A stretch of DNA of 41,117 nt from Intoshia linei (Eukaryota > Animalia > Orthonectida), in NCBI GenBank assembly GCA_001642005.1, contig LWCA01000197.1, positions 1-41,117 on the forward strand, read 5' to 3'. Shown piece after piece: positions 27,001 through 37,000 of the stretch. The notes beneath the pieces were generated by a model, which saw only the letters and a program-made list of their open reading frames with translations, did no database searches and was not told where the DNA came from. A program made the position numbers and the translations under genes. The first letter of the stretch is position 1. Every line of letters begins with the position of its first letter.

Positions 27001-30000
27001 GGACGAAATGTTTCATTATAAAATATAGAATTTGAAATTAAACTAAAATTATTTTAATAATACAATAAATTAGAATCAAAGAACAACAGAAATTACTAAT
27101 ATACTTTCGAAAATAGTCCTCAAAAATATGAACGAAGAAAAGACCAAAACAAAAAACGACTGGGGAGCTTTAATTGAGGAAACTACTAATTTGCATCACA
27201 GTATTGTAAATTGTGATGTAAAAGATATCAATGTAATTTAGTTTACATTTTATCAAGTATAGTGCCTGTGAAACCTACTTTCTCATTGAATCACATCAAT
27301 GTTATAAGATTTGATTTTGAACTAAAAATAAACTAAAATAGAGTCAAACCAGTTCAATAAGAAATTAAGCCTACTGTGTATATTAAGGTGTGTGCTAAAA
27401 CACTTTTTTTAAACAATGCAAAAGTAGCCAAAGGGGAAAGATGAAATTTTTTATTGCAAACAAGATGATGTGCTTGAAATTGTCTAACTCTCAAAAAAAC
27501 CATTGACTTTTTGTATTTTAAACTAATTTTTAATACAATTTTTTAAAAACGAACATGAACTTTATAAAAAAATATTGTTGTGGTAACGATGTGAATTCAT
27601 GAGTATAAATAGTATATGTAACATTTCTGATTATATATAATGCCATGGTTATCACAGTTTATCAGAAATCTTTCTCAATAAAACCCTACTTTACTCAAAA
27701 ATTCATAAAAAACAGAATTTATAGGATAGAAAGTTTCTTGGTGTTTTATTCTAACAATTATGACATTTCATTTAGTAGTAATATTTATCAGTAGTAATAT
27801 CATTAGTAAAAGTAAATTTTTTGGTATTAAATTAAATTACTTATAAGTGTAAAAACTTATTGGAAAACCTTCATTGTTCTATTTTAGGAGCAGCGGTTTA
27901 TTTTATTATTTTATTAAAATTTATGACCGAGTTAATTTCTAGTCATAAAAAAAAGCTTTAAATTTCAAATTGAAAATGGGATAAAAAATCAGTCAATATT
28001 CATGATTCTATGAAACATCAATCAAGGGATATAAAATATTAATTCTTCACAGGGAAGATAGATAATATAGACTTTTTATTGATCTGATAAAATATATAAT
28101 AAGCAATTAATAATGTACTGTAAACAATACCTGAAAAACATGTTCCATTTTGGGAACATTGACGGTCTAAAGGTTAATGTTAATAGTTCATCAAGTTTAT
28201 TACTTCGCAAAAATAGAGTACTCCATGTCTTTTGACCATCATTCGTTTCATCCAAATGTAATGATTCATTAAAAATTTTCATTATTATTAATTTTTTTGG
28301 GATCCACAGGTTTTATGTAATATCATCTTAGGGGTCCAGAGCGAAAAAGGGTTGAGAATGTCTGGCCTAGACGACCGCTTATTTATTATTTCCAAAATCC
28401 CTCCATTAATAAAATTTAATAATATTTACATAATGTGTTAATAAAAACTATCATTTCAAGCCCTTTATGTAAAAATCCGATTTTACAAAAAATCCTCTTA
28501 GTAAATAAATCTTAATCTAGCCCCAAAATAAAAATCTAATTTTACCTACCCTTAAGCCATAAGTTAAGGGAAAAGCTTTTTTAATATTTTTTTGAAAAAC
28601 AAGAGTTTACCAAATTTTATGAGACAAAACCTTTAATTTTTTCATAAATTTTTTATATTTAATGTTTCCTTTGGGTTCAAAAAAATGAATATTTTGAAAT
28701 TGGGTTTTTATTACCAGCAAAGGTATGTTTAGTTTATTAATTAGTAAGTCTAATATTTGGCTTATTATTAATAAAAACATTTCAAGTTAATAAATAATTT
28801 ATGAAAATAAAAACACATTTTTTTTGTAATTTCAATGTTAATTTTTTTAAATGTAATTTTAGAATATTGAAAAAATAATTAGAAATTATGAATCAATATC
28901 AAATTATAACATAATTTCAAGTGAACTTGAAGAAAAATGTGCATACACAATAGAAACTGCCACTCTACAATTACGACGTGATTCTTTAGTAAACTGTACA
29001 CATTTATGCATATGCGAAAAGGTTGTTTATTCTCAAATTAAGTCTAATTTGAAAAATTTGGAAATAAAACAAGAAGAATTTTTGGTTGTATTAAACTCAT
29101 TCGAAGAAAACGGAAAACAAAATGTAAAATATATTGTACATTATATTGCACAAGAGCGTCATGTAAATGAGTGGTTATTATTGGAAGATCACATGGCCTT
29201 ATATACTCACTATTGGGAGACACTAAAATTTGAAAAAATTCAAAAAATGATTGATAAAAATCCAATGTTGGAGATTAACCAAATTGACAAGAATGTAAAA
29301 AATTTAATAAAAATTGTATTTGCGATAAATAAAAATGTACTATTAAACCAACAGTTAAAGGATATTATTGATTTAATTTTAGTTACATCTCCCGGGTGTA
29401 ATGTTGACGATTATAAAACGTATATAACGGAAAATGAACGAAAATTAGATAATTATAGAAATTATTATGCTGATTTGATCAAATTACCCTATATAAATGA
29501 TAACTTGATAACTTTTAATTACATTTTGATGGATTCAATTATTTTTTACGACAAATTGAACAATAATGATGAAAATTTCAAATCTGCCGTTTCTGACGTA
29601 AAAATTAGCACACAGAATGAGATAAAACTGTTGGAATCTGTTAATGTTTATAATTTTGAAGTTGAAGATCCACGTATCGATGAAATATGTCACAATAAGA
29701 TATATGCCTTAATAAATTTGTCCAATGATCAATTTGAACATGAAACCAATTCTGCAATTGAAATGAAAGAAGATATACAAGGATTCGATGAAAATGAAAA
29801 CGAACATAAAAATATAATGAAAAATGAGACACCAAACCAAATTCAAAATGATGGCAAGAATAAAGATGACATGGATAGTATATTATCTCATGAAACGGAC
29901 AAAATAAAAGAAACCGACTCTATCAGGGAAAATAAAAATAGTGGAAAAACTTTTGTTCAGAAAAGTGAAAATTTTGAAAAAGAACTTGATAAAAACAGTG

Positions 30001-33000
30001 TATTCTTGTCGCAAGATAATTTGTACCGATTAATTAAACATTCACCAATTTGGCTTCAACTAGAAAACATTGAAAGAAAAATGAAAAATATGAATATATC
30101 ATCAACCTTGAATAACAAGGACGTTGATTTAGACATTTCGAACGATATTTTACTTGAAACCGACATGGCAGAGTTAAATTTGAAAACTTTTATTGTTTAT
30201 AAATTTGGTGTATACCTTGCTGACGAATTGTTCAATAAATTGTCGATGAAACACGTAAATATATCATTAGCTGAAAAAGTTGATTTTAATATGGAACATG
30301 TTAACATGAATTCAATGTGTCAATATTTCTCATATAATAAACAAAAAAATATTCTCTATATTAAACAAAGCATATGCGACAATGTTGGCAAATTTATTGT
30401 AGTTTTAATTAATGGGTTATCGTTTATAACATGCCAACAATTTAATTTACAGTTTGAATCCGTCTTTTATAATTGTGTTGAATTCATTGGGGAGCATATT
30501 TATTTTTTTCGTGAAAATATATTCATTTCTTGGATCATTGAACAATATTGTGAAAATCAGACTCATAAATCTCATATTTTCGACAATTATTGCATTGATG
30601 AGCTATTTATTAAAAATAAACATAATCTACCTCTGCTATTGTCCAATTCAATCTCTCATAGGTATTTTTATAATTATAATTTGAGGGTCTGCTTAATTTT
30701 GATATTTATTTGTATTTAAATTTGATAATTTTTATTTTGACATGATGAATTGCCTCGAAGCTAGATTTCTAAATTATCCATTAATTAAAGTTAAAGATTA
30801 TTGAACTTTCCTTAAATTTTGAACTTATTTATTTATATATATTATTTTAGAATTACTTATTACAAGAACATTCTCACAAATGGCAATGTTGTGGATGGTA
30901 TAAAATCAAAAGATATTCAATATACTGTTGAGAGGGTATTGGATTTTTCCACATTAGAATCGAATAAAGAAATTGAAAAATTGGGTAAATAATTATAATG
31001 GAATTATATCATTATTTGTCTTACTTTTGTATAATTCACAAAATTTATATTTTATATTTAGATAAAAAAGTCAATTTTGATGCATTCGTTGGTCAAGCTA
31101 ACTGGCAATCATTTATAAACGAACAAGACTGTAAATATACAGTTATGTATAAAGAAAAGGACGCAAAACAAGTAAGTTAATTAAATTTAAATAAATTCTA
31201 GCTTGACTGTTATGCACAGGGGGATTTTTTTAATTTGTTATAGAAAATGAGTGTATAAAGTAAAAACAGTACAATTATAGTTACACCCTTAAAAATCGTC
31301 ATAAATAACACGGATTAAAGAAAGATGAAGGAAATTTACCGATATTGAAATAAATTTCAAAATTATACTAACACAAACTGTGTTACACAGTTATACAATG
31401 TATTTAAGTCTTAAGTTGATTATAAACTTGGAATATTTTTGAAATTAAAATTTGCGCAGCAATGATAAAAAAACAGAAGGAATCAATGTATGATATTGAA
31501 ATCCATCTTTCTGTATTTCAAATATTCATACGGTCAATTTCAACTTTTTTTTGAAATTGTAGAATGAATATTTAAATTTCGTTTTTAATATTTCACCCGG
31601 AATGCGTAGATTTCTGAGGTTTAAAGTTTGTGTCTAATTCAGTGTTTCTCAACCTTTTTTTTGCTGGACCATATTTTATTCTAAAAAGTTTTGTGGACCA
31701 CCATAAATAAACGTTTCCCAAAGGGCGGTTAGCTGAAGAAATTATATATTAACACATATACTTTAATTTCAATAGTTATATATTTATACTAAAGTTGTAA
31801 AACGAGAAATAAAAAAAGTTAAACTAAATTTACATTAATACAAAATATTTTTGGGTCAATGCCAAGAACTAGGAAAAAATATGTTCATAGTATCAAATAG
31901 TGTAATTAACACAAAATATTGATTAAATCTTTTATATATGAAAATGTGACTTTAACCAATGTGAAATGATATCATTGAAGATTTGTAAATTTAAAAAATT
32001 TATGAATTCAACGCAGTACCGAGCCCTTCTTCGTGGGAGTCCCGAAGAAATTTAGTCACAGAATATAACATATTTAATAGTTAATAGCGATAATAAAAAT
32101 TTTTAATAGATACATTTTAAATAATATATTGAAGCTCTATGAGGACTACCAAAATTTTTCTGTGGACAACCAGTGGTCCACATGGACCACGTTGCGAATC
32201 ATTTATCTAGATCAATCGTCCCGATTCGGCACTCATGGTTCAAATAGTTTACTGACCCCATTTAAAAAATTTAATTTTTTTAAACCGCTAAGAAAACATT
32301 AAATATTAAAAATTTTTGAAAAAATTAAAGGTTGTTACTCATAAGATTTAATAAAATCGAATTTTTCAAAAAAAATATTAGAAAAAGAGGATATTTCCAT
32401 AAAACTTTGGTAAAATCGGATTTTTATCTTGTGGTTGGAATAAGAGGTTTTTCTCATAAGATTTTGATAAAATCATGTTTTATATAAAATATTACAAAAA
32501 GCGGTTTTTGCTTTAAGGGTTGGTAAAATTTGATAATTTATTTTGAGTTGAATTAAGAGTTTTCTAAGAAACTTTTTGTAAAATCAAATTTTTCGAAAAA
32601 TGTCGGAAATGCATTTTCCCTTAACTTAAGGCTTAAAGGTTGGTAAATTTGGATTTTTTATATTGGATTTCAAATTAGGAAGTTGTTGCTCATAAAATTT
32701 GGTAAAATCGTGTTTTTCAAAAAAATATTGGAAAAATGTGATTTTTTATTAAATTTTATTAATGGTTGGATAAAAGTGGGATTTTAAAATAATAATGTTG
32801 CGATGGTCTAGGTTAATGGATAAATTGCCAATATTTGGCAACTCTGTAATAAACATTAAAAATTCTGCTATAAAAATATACAAACGTATACAAAAACGTC
32901 CCAGAATTTATGTTTTTTAAAATTCTAGTGCTAATTTTAATTTTAAAAATGGTATTTTGTGTTTTTGGTTTTCTAGGTCTTATTTTCTGAAAATCAAATT

Positions 33001-33559
33001 GGTGATTAAACGTCGACTTCGAAAAACTGGATTAGAAATATAATTTTTAAATTCTAGGACTTTTAATTTTTTAATCAAACGGTAACACAGTTATTCATTT
33101 TTATATAAGTAAATGATAAAGAAATCAAATAAAATACATGATGTATACGTTTGAAATTGACTAATGAAATTTAATTAAAATTTATAAAAATGTAAAATCT
33201 AAAAAATAATTGTAAAATTTTAGCAAAATGACATGGACGATTACCTATATTATCTATACGAGAAAATTGCAGAACAATTTATTGCATTTGAAAAAAATGG
33301 AGAATGTCAGGGTTCATTAATAAACCAACAAAAAAAGAAATCAATTCAACAAAGAATTCAAATTTATACTCTAGAAATTGAATCCTTGGAAAAGAAAAAT
33401 TTTTATGATAAAGATGGAAATAATACTGAATTAAACAATCTTGAAAAAATTGTTGATACTGATGAAACAATACCCACAAAAAAAAATAAAATTTCCACAG
33501 GTTCAAGATCAACAATATCTACTAAATTAAATTCGAAAAAACGGAAAAAATTAAATTAA
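62..33559 (+). CDS. Giant single-pass membrane protein with GCC2/GCC3 (ephrin-receptor-like) cysteine-rich repeats; 5'-partial, 64 exons, >4,600 aa
   Basis: Manual GT-AG splicing, all phases consistent, standard code. Exons: 62-152,225-265,2903-3051,3090-3266,3340-3456,3575-3727,3813-3898,3944-4010,4056-4124,4189-4446,4978-5091,5222-5386,5524-5625,5718-5765,5958-6003,6610-6681,7080-7129,7658-7760,7991-8049,8087-8101,8192-8296,8373-8426,8482-8616,8715-8867,8999-9172,9331-9372,9490-9525,9564-9689,11154-11261,11310-11366,11405-11530,11630-11923,12378-12496,12848-12923,12962-13122,13526-13619,13772-13891,13936-14019,14061-14240,14496-14669,14712-14751,14810-14862,14981-15115,15160-15266,17141-17207,17275-17325,17364-17495,17698-17764,17805-17902,17945-22019 (minus 127 bp artefact),22058-22334,22386-22528,22581-22755,22813-23180,23234-23865,24045-24209,24260-24463,24940-25038,25121-25327,27074-27232,28863-30661,30851-30984,31062-31171,33224-33559 (TAA). 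Hand total 13,906 nt, about 4,634 aa. Repeats of CPxG(Y/H)YC...CPxGT(Y/F)...CxxCxxGxYC. Confidence 0.9.
1089..2151 (-). mobile_element. Internally deleted hAT (DUF659-type) transposon
   Basis: Imperfect TIRs TAGGGCAATTTAT / ATAATTCGCCCTT; 8-bp TSD ATTATGAT / ATTATAAT (7/8). Many subterminal (T)ATGAC motifs; internal transposase remnant. Confidence 0.75.
1458..1811 (-). pseudogene. hAT/DUF659-type transposase fragment
   Basis: ASYMIYAIKNLKQFYSQLFHVTCVCHLL carries the hAT CxxH motif, and PPIPVVTRWGSW the TRW motif. Truncated at both ends. Confidence 0.8.
2273..2832 (-). mobile_element. hAT-derived non-autonomous element
   Basis: Left TIR TAGGGATATTCAAATTT versus reverse-complemented right end TAGGGTTATTCAATTTT (15/17). 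Internal minus ORF 2509-2775 has IERSFSKL, like the hAT C-terminal ERxFS motif. TSD unclear. Confidence 0.6.
6170..6545 (-). mobile_element. Helitron-like non-autonomous family, partial copy
   Basis: Colinear with 10575-10979 (GTTAACAGGATACAACTGTAC, GGGGTTTTGGCCCTGAAGATA, GGGGTTTTTGACCCGTAAG). Ends in ACACAC..TTATATAAGTAAGA, which is 5'-TC on the minus strand. Confidence 0.7.
9753..10019. mobile_element. MITE, probably hAT
   Basis: Ends TAGGGCCGTGGAGAG / CTCTCCATTGCCTG with GC-rich subtermini in an AT-rich intron. TSD degenerate. Confidence 0.5.
10148..10979 (-). mobile_element. Helitron-like non-autonomous family copy
   Basis: Shares blocks with 6170-6545, 31198-33116 and 38484-39314 (GCAATGA..GAAGGAAT, AATGCGTAGATTTCTG). 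Right end TTATATAAGTTAAGA|T. The left boundary (TTAGCT) is less sure. Confidence 0.65.
13161..13468. mobile_element. MITE, probably hAT
   Basis: Ends CAGGAAAACCCAAAATT / AATTTGGTTTTCCTA; flanks AATTTAAC / GATATAAC (6/8). Confidence 0.5.
16061..16634. mobile_element. Element with ~90-bp terminal inverted repeats nested in the hAT MITE
   Basis: ACTATACCATTACACTATCGATAT..TTACAACCGATATGA (16062-16110) is the inverted copy of TCACATCGGTTGTAA..ATATTGATAGTGAAATGGTATAGTG (to 16634). Confidence 0.7.
16429..16540 (+). mobile_element. 5' terminal fragment of the Helitron-like family
   Basis: A|TCTTACTTATATAATATGCTAC..TTTGTTTGTGT..AGAATTTTATAAAGTC..CATTTCAATTACAG is the reverse complement of ~10865-10979. 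Confidence 0.75.
17945..22019 (+). CDS. Gene 1 exon 50: ~3.95 kb intronless Cys-repeat exon (track ORFs 18043-20733 and 20714-22036 are one frame)
   Basis: TAG acceptor at 17942-17944 and GT donor at 22020. The ORF is continuous once the duplicated 126 bp plus the N at 20680 are removed. Confidence 0.9.
20554..20806. other. Assembly artefact: 126-bp contig-end overlap duplicated around a 1-bp N gap
   Basis: 20554-20679 equals 20681-20806 (one mismatch), separated by a single N at 20680. Collapsing it restores the reading frame. Confidence 0.92.
22519..22636 (+). other. Transmembrane helix of gene 1 (split by intron 22529-22580)
   Basis: Spliced translation IIIG|IISIFCAFILLIILIIFI, followed by TKPIDSNIYPMKHWIPYYRNLGYPP. 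It is the only long hydrophobic run in the spliced protein. Confidence 0.85.
25801..26769. mobile_element. hAT MITE
   Basis: TIRs CAGTGCTTTC / GAAAGCACTG; TSD CGGTACAG / CGGTAGAG (7/8); subterminal GTCGCC motifs. Confidence 0.85.
26143..26738. mobile_element. Second hAT MITE nested in 25801-26769
   Basis: TIRs TAGTGATTGT / ACAATCACTA; perfect TSD GTCGCCAA at 26135-26142 and 26739-26746; subterminal CCGG/CCCGG motifs. Confidence 0.88.
28030..28364 (-). pseudogene. Possible degraded Charlie/Buster-type hAT transposase remnant with an adjacent element end
   Basis: Minus ORF contains SLHLDETND (compare S[LI]QLDESTD around the first catalytic Asp) and FFRY. GGGTTGAGAATGTCTG near 28349-28364 resembles a Charlie-type terminus. 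Confidence 0.35.
28390..28630 (+). repeat. Dispersed repeat built from AAAAATCCGATTTTAC-type units
   Basis: Similar to ~26305-26520 (+) and to the reverse complement of ~32330-32795. Confidence 0.7.
28863..30661 (+). CDS. Gene 1 exon 61 (cytoplasmic tail; contains the 556-aa track ORF)
   Basis: TAG acceptor at 28860-28862 is in frame with ORF 29049. Donor GT at 30662 is phase 2 and matches the next exon at 30851. Confidence 0.8.
31640..32204. mobile_element. hAT Charlie/MER5-like MITE
   Basis: CAGTGTTTCTCAAC / GTTGCGAATCATTT; subterminal GGACC motifs and palindrome GTGGTCCACATGGACCAC; TCTA-core flanks (GTCTAATT / ATCTAGAT). Confidence 0.7.
32330..32795 (-). repeat. Longest copy of the AAAAATCCGATTTTAC-unit repeat
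   Basis: About 7 degenerate TTGGTAAAATCGGATTTTT units at ~50-65 bp spacing. Shares CCCTTAACTT..GGCTTAA with ~28550-28570 in the opposite orientation. Confidence 0.7.
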
Positions 33560-33591
33560 ATTTTTGTTAATCAATTTTATATATTTTTTTA

Positions 33592-33597
33592 AATAAA
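33592..33597 (+). promoter_or_regulatory. Candidate polyadenylation signal of gene 1
   Basis: AATAAA 32 nt after the TAA stop, followed by T-rich sequence. The motif is common in AT-rich DNA. Confidence 0.4.
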
Positions 33598-34077
33598 ATT
33601 TAATTTGTCTAGATTTTTCTCTTAAATTTTTATTTTTAATTATGCATTAGCGTAAATTTGATTAAGCATACCTAAATAACTCATTTCATTATTTCAAGTA
33701 AACATGAAGCCATTTACCCTTCATTCAAATTCAAATCGATTCAAATTACGTTACTTTTAATTATTACTGTAAATTAAATTATCAATTTAATTTTAAGAAT
33801 AGTGACTAATTATGAATAACTGTTAGTTGATCTTATGTTAGTTAATGTTAGGAGGGTTGTCTCGTGTATCATTCATAAAATATTGAAATCATGCCATAAA
33901 AATACACGTTATAAAAATTAATTAAATTAGTTATTAACTTGTTATTGTTTGCATCTAAGCACAAATATACATATCGGTATGTATTATTTGTGCTTTTGAT
34001 TTTTCCATTGTTTCACTTCTAATGTTTTGTTTCTTGTTAAATTAGATATTCGTTGAATTAATAATTATATTTTCAAG

Positions 34078-37000
34078 ATGAATATATTGACGAATTTACT
34101 ATTACTATTAATACCTTGTAATTAAGCCTCATTTTGTATAAAACTTTTTCTAGATTATTTGCAGTCGATATTATGCGAAATTGGTACATTTTAAACTGAA
34201 GTTTTATGTTTAAATAATGTAAATTTTTAATAGGGTTGAAAGTTAACACTGCAAATACAATTTGTGAGCAGTGTCCTGCAGGAAAACAATGTTTAGACCC
34301 GACAAACCCTATAGATTGTGTTGATGGTACATATTCTCTTGTCGGTCAAGTAATTACATTGTTTTTAAATTTATTTTAAATATCATAATAATATTGAAAA
34401 TTGCTGCACTACATGTATCTTAACATTTAGACCACCCATTGTATTGATTGTCCTCCTGGGTACAAGTGTTCTATTACAACAGATATACCTGTAGAATGTC
34501 AAGATGGGCAGTATAGCTATTATAGGAGCAAGGTATGCATCGATTGCCCTGCCGGGTTTTACTGTAGTTCCAAATCTTCACTTCCATTACGATGTGATAC
34601 TGGATACTATAGTTTTGCGGTAAATTTTTTATCCACTATTTTTGTTAATAAATAAAATATATCTGTTAAAAAATCATCACGTTATTATAAACTATAATTA
34701 TAATTCATGATTTGCGTGAATTCAAAATATATTTACCTTTTATATAGATTTTGACCCATTTGAGCATTATTAGGACAGTCTAAATATGATTTATTCTATT
34801 ATTGTGTATACTGACATTATGTTACTTGTGTGATATTATTATTATTTATCAAAAATTTAGACAGATGTTTCATGCCATTCTTGCAATGAAGGTTAATCAA
34901 AGATTTAAATTTTAAATAGTATTTAATGCATTATACATTTCATTAGGTTATGCTTGTGACAATACAATAATATCAAAATGTGCAATTGGGAAATATAGCC
35001 AATTGTACGAAATGACATGTTCAGATTGTCCCATTGGAAATTATTGTGACAGTATAAAGAAAAATACCTGTCCGAGTAGAACGCACACGGATGGTAAAAC
35101 TGGGAGCAGTGTTTGTATTTCATGTATAGCTGGTTATACTTGTCCAACTATTATGTAATTTTTAAATTAATCTATTATTTAATTGTTGTAATTTTAACGC
35201 TATTTATAATACATACAATGTTAGATAAAATTTTGATGAATATTTTTTAACTTTTTTTGTTTTGTACATTGATACTTAAAAAAAATATACTGTAAATTCA
35301 AATTGGTTGAGAAAGACAAGTTAAACATGAATATATACAAAAAATAATATTTTCCTATTTATCATGAAAACCCGTAATTAATATACTAAATATAATGTAT
35401 TACAAGCTAATTCCTATTTAACGGTATTTTTTTAAGAAAAGTTTTTTCACCCCATTTTTAACGATTTTGATGTTATTTTTGTTATTTTGTTATTACAATA
35501 TTAAAGTGTCAAGTTGACACTCTTAACACTCGTTGTAGCGTATCACAGTCCCACCACGCTTTATTTATTTCCATAAACAATTTTGTTTCCAAATTCGAAA
35601 CAAGAAATAAAATAACATAAATAATATGAAAATATAATCTAAATACTATTTTGCAAATAAAATATAATGCAATTAAAATATTTTGATATTGTATAATAAA
35701 ATATTAACAACTATTCATTATTCTGTGCAATTTTAGAAAAATAGAACGCGTTTGTCACCAAAAAAGTTATTTATTTAACCTACTAGCTTGATTTTTATGT
35801 ACTTCGCACAAACAGCATCCTAGTATATGCATTATAACCACATGAAAATTTTTTAAAAATGATTATGATATTGTTATCAATCTACAATTAATTGAAATTT
35901 TTTTATATTTCAAAAAATCCATTTATTGCAATTAATTGGAAAATATTTTTTCATTTTTAAACAAACAATTAATTAATATATTTTCAATATTTTTTAGCAA
36001 TTAATTGCAATTAAATTGGTTGTAATTAATTAATTCCAATCCCTGGTGATACGTACTAACGAAACGAAAATTTTTGTCTGAAACACGAGCCGAAACACGA
36101 TTAAAATGTAATCAAAAATTTAATATAAAAATATCTAATAGAAAAATTTATAAAATAAATGATCTGGTAATTAAAAAAATTAAAATTTCATAGGGATGTG
36201 AAGTAAACTAAATTTCAACTAATTATTCCAACGAGTACTGTATGAATCGAAACTACTACCAAATAAGTGAAAAAATAGAATAATAATTATAATTTTTCCA
36301 TAATATTTTACAAAAATTTTTTATGAAACCTTTGAAAACTCTGAGTACGTTTTGGCCCTCTTGGTTATCCCACTTTAAGAAATACTGTAATATACATTTA
36401 ATTAATATATTAAATATTAATACATATGTAGTGGAGTTCCAGTTCAATGTGCAGCAACGGAATATTCTACTGAAGCTATGGATCAATGTGTACCCTGTCC
36501 AGCTGGTTACGCTTGCCTTAATCGTAATATTCTGTTGAATATTTCATATATTCATTGTACATATAGTACATAAATAATTTTAAATATGAAAAACTAGTCA
36601 ATACTATAAAATATAGTGTATGACACCTTGATAATATTTAATATCATGAACTATGTTCATGCCCTGCACATTTTTATAATACCAATGAAAATAAAATAAA
36701 GTGTTTGTGTTGAAAGTTGGTGGTGTTAAAGGTGTTGGAAATAAAGATAGATTTCATTTTTTATTAATAATATTAATACAATAATCTATAAAAGTATCTT
36801 ATATATATATTATATATATATTTATTCTATGTTAAGGAGAAAAAAAAATATCATGCGTAGGAAAATATTCAACTGTAAATCAAGCAGATTGTACCAATTG
36901 TCCTGTCGGAAATTATTGCCCTGCAGGAGCAGAATATCCCATCCCATGTTTTCCAGGTAATATTTATATTTATTAAAAAATTTCATGACATACATGACAT

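Larger units (their letters stand above)
31198..33116 (-). mobile_element. Helitron-like copy interrupted by nested elements
   Basis: Left end CTAGCTTGACTGTTATG, right end TTATATAAGTAAATGA|T. 31440-31620 matches 38670-38900. Confidence 0.65.

Noticed and set aside
32330-32795. CRISPR-like array
   Set aside because: Units are degenerate, the spacers are related to each other, there are no cas genes, and the context is a eukaryotic intron.
22787-33559. Non-Cys ORFs (141, 207, 556 and 108 aa) as independent genes
   Set aside because: Each has an in-phase acceptor and donor linking it to the TM exon of gene 1, and the only terminal stop is at 33559. RNA-seq would be needed to exclude internal starts.
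35880-36046. AATTGCAATT-rich segment ending in CCAATCCCTG
   Set aside because: Probably one end of a hAT MITE, but no matching TIR or TSD was found, so it was not called.
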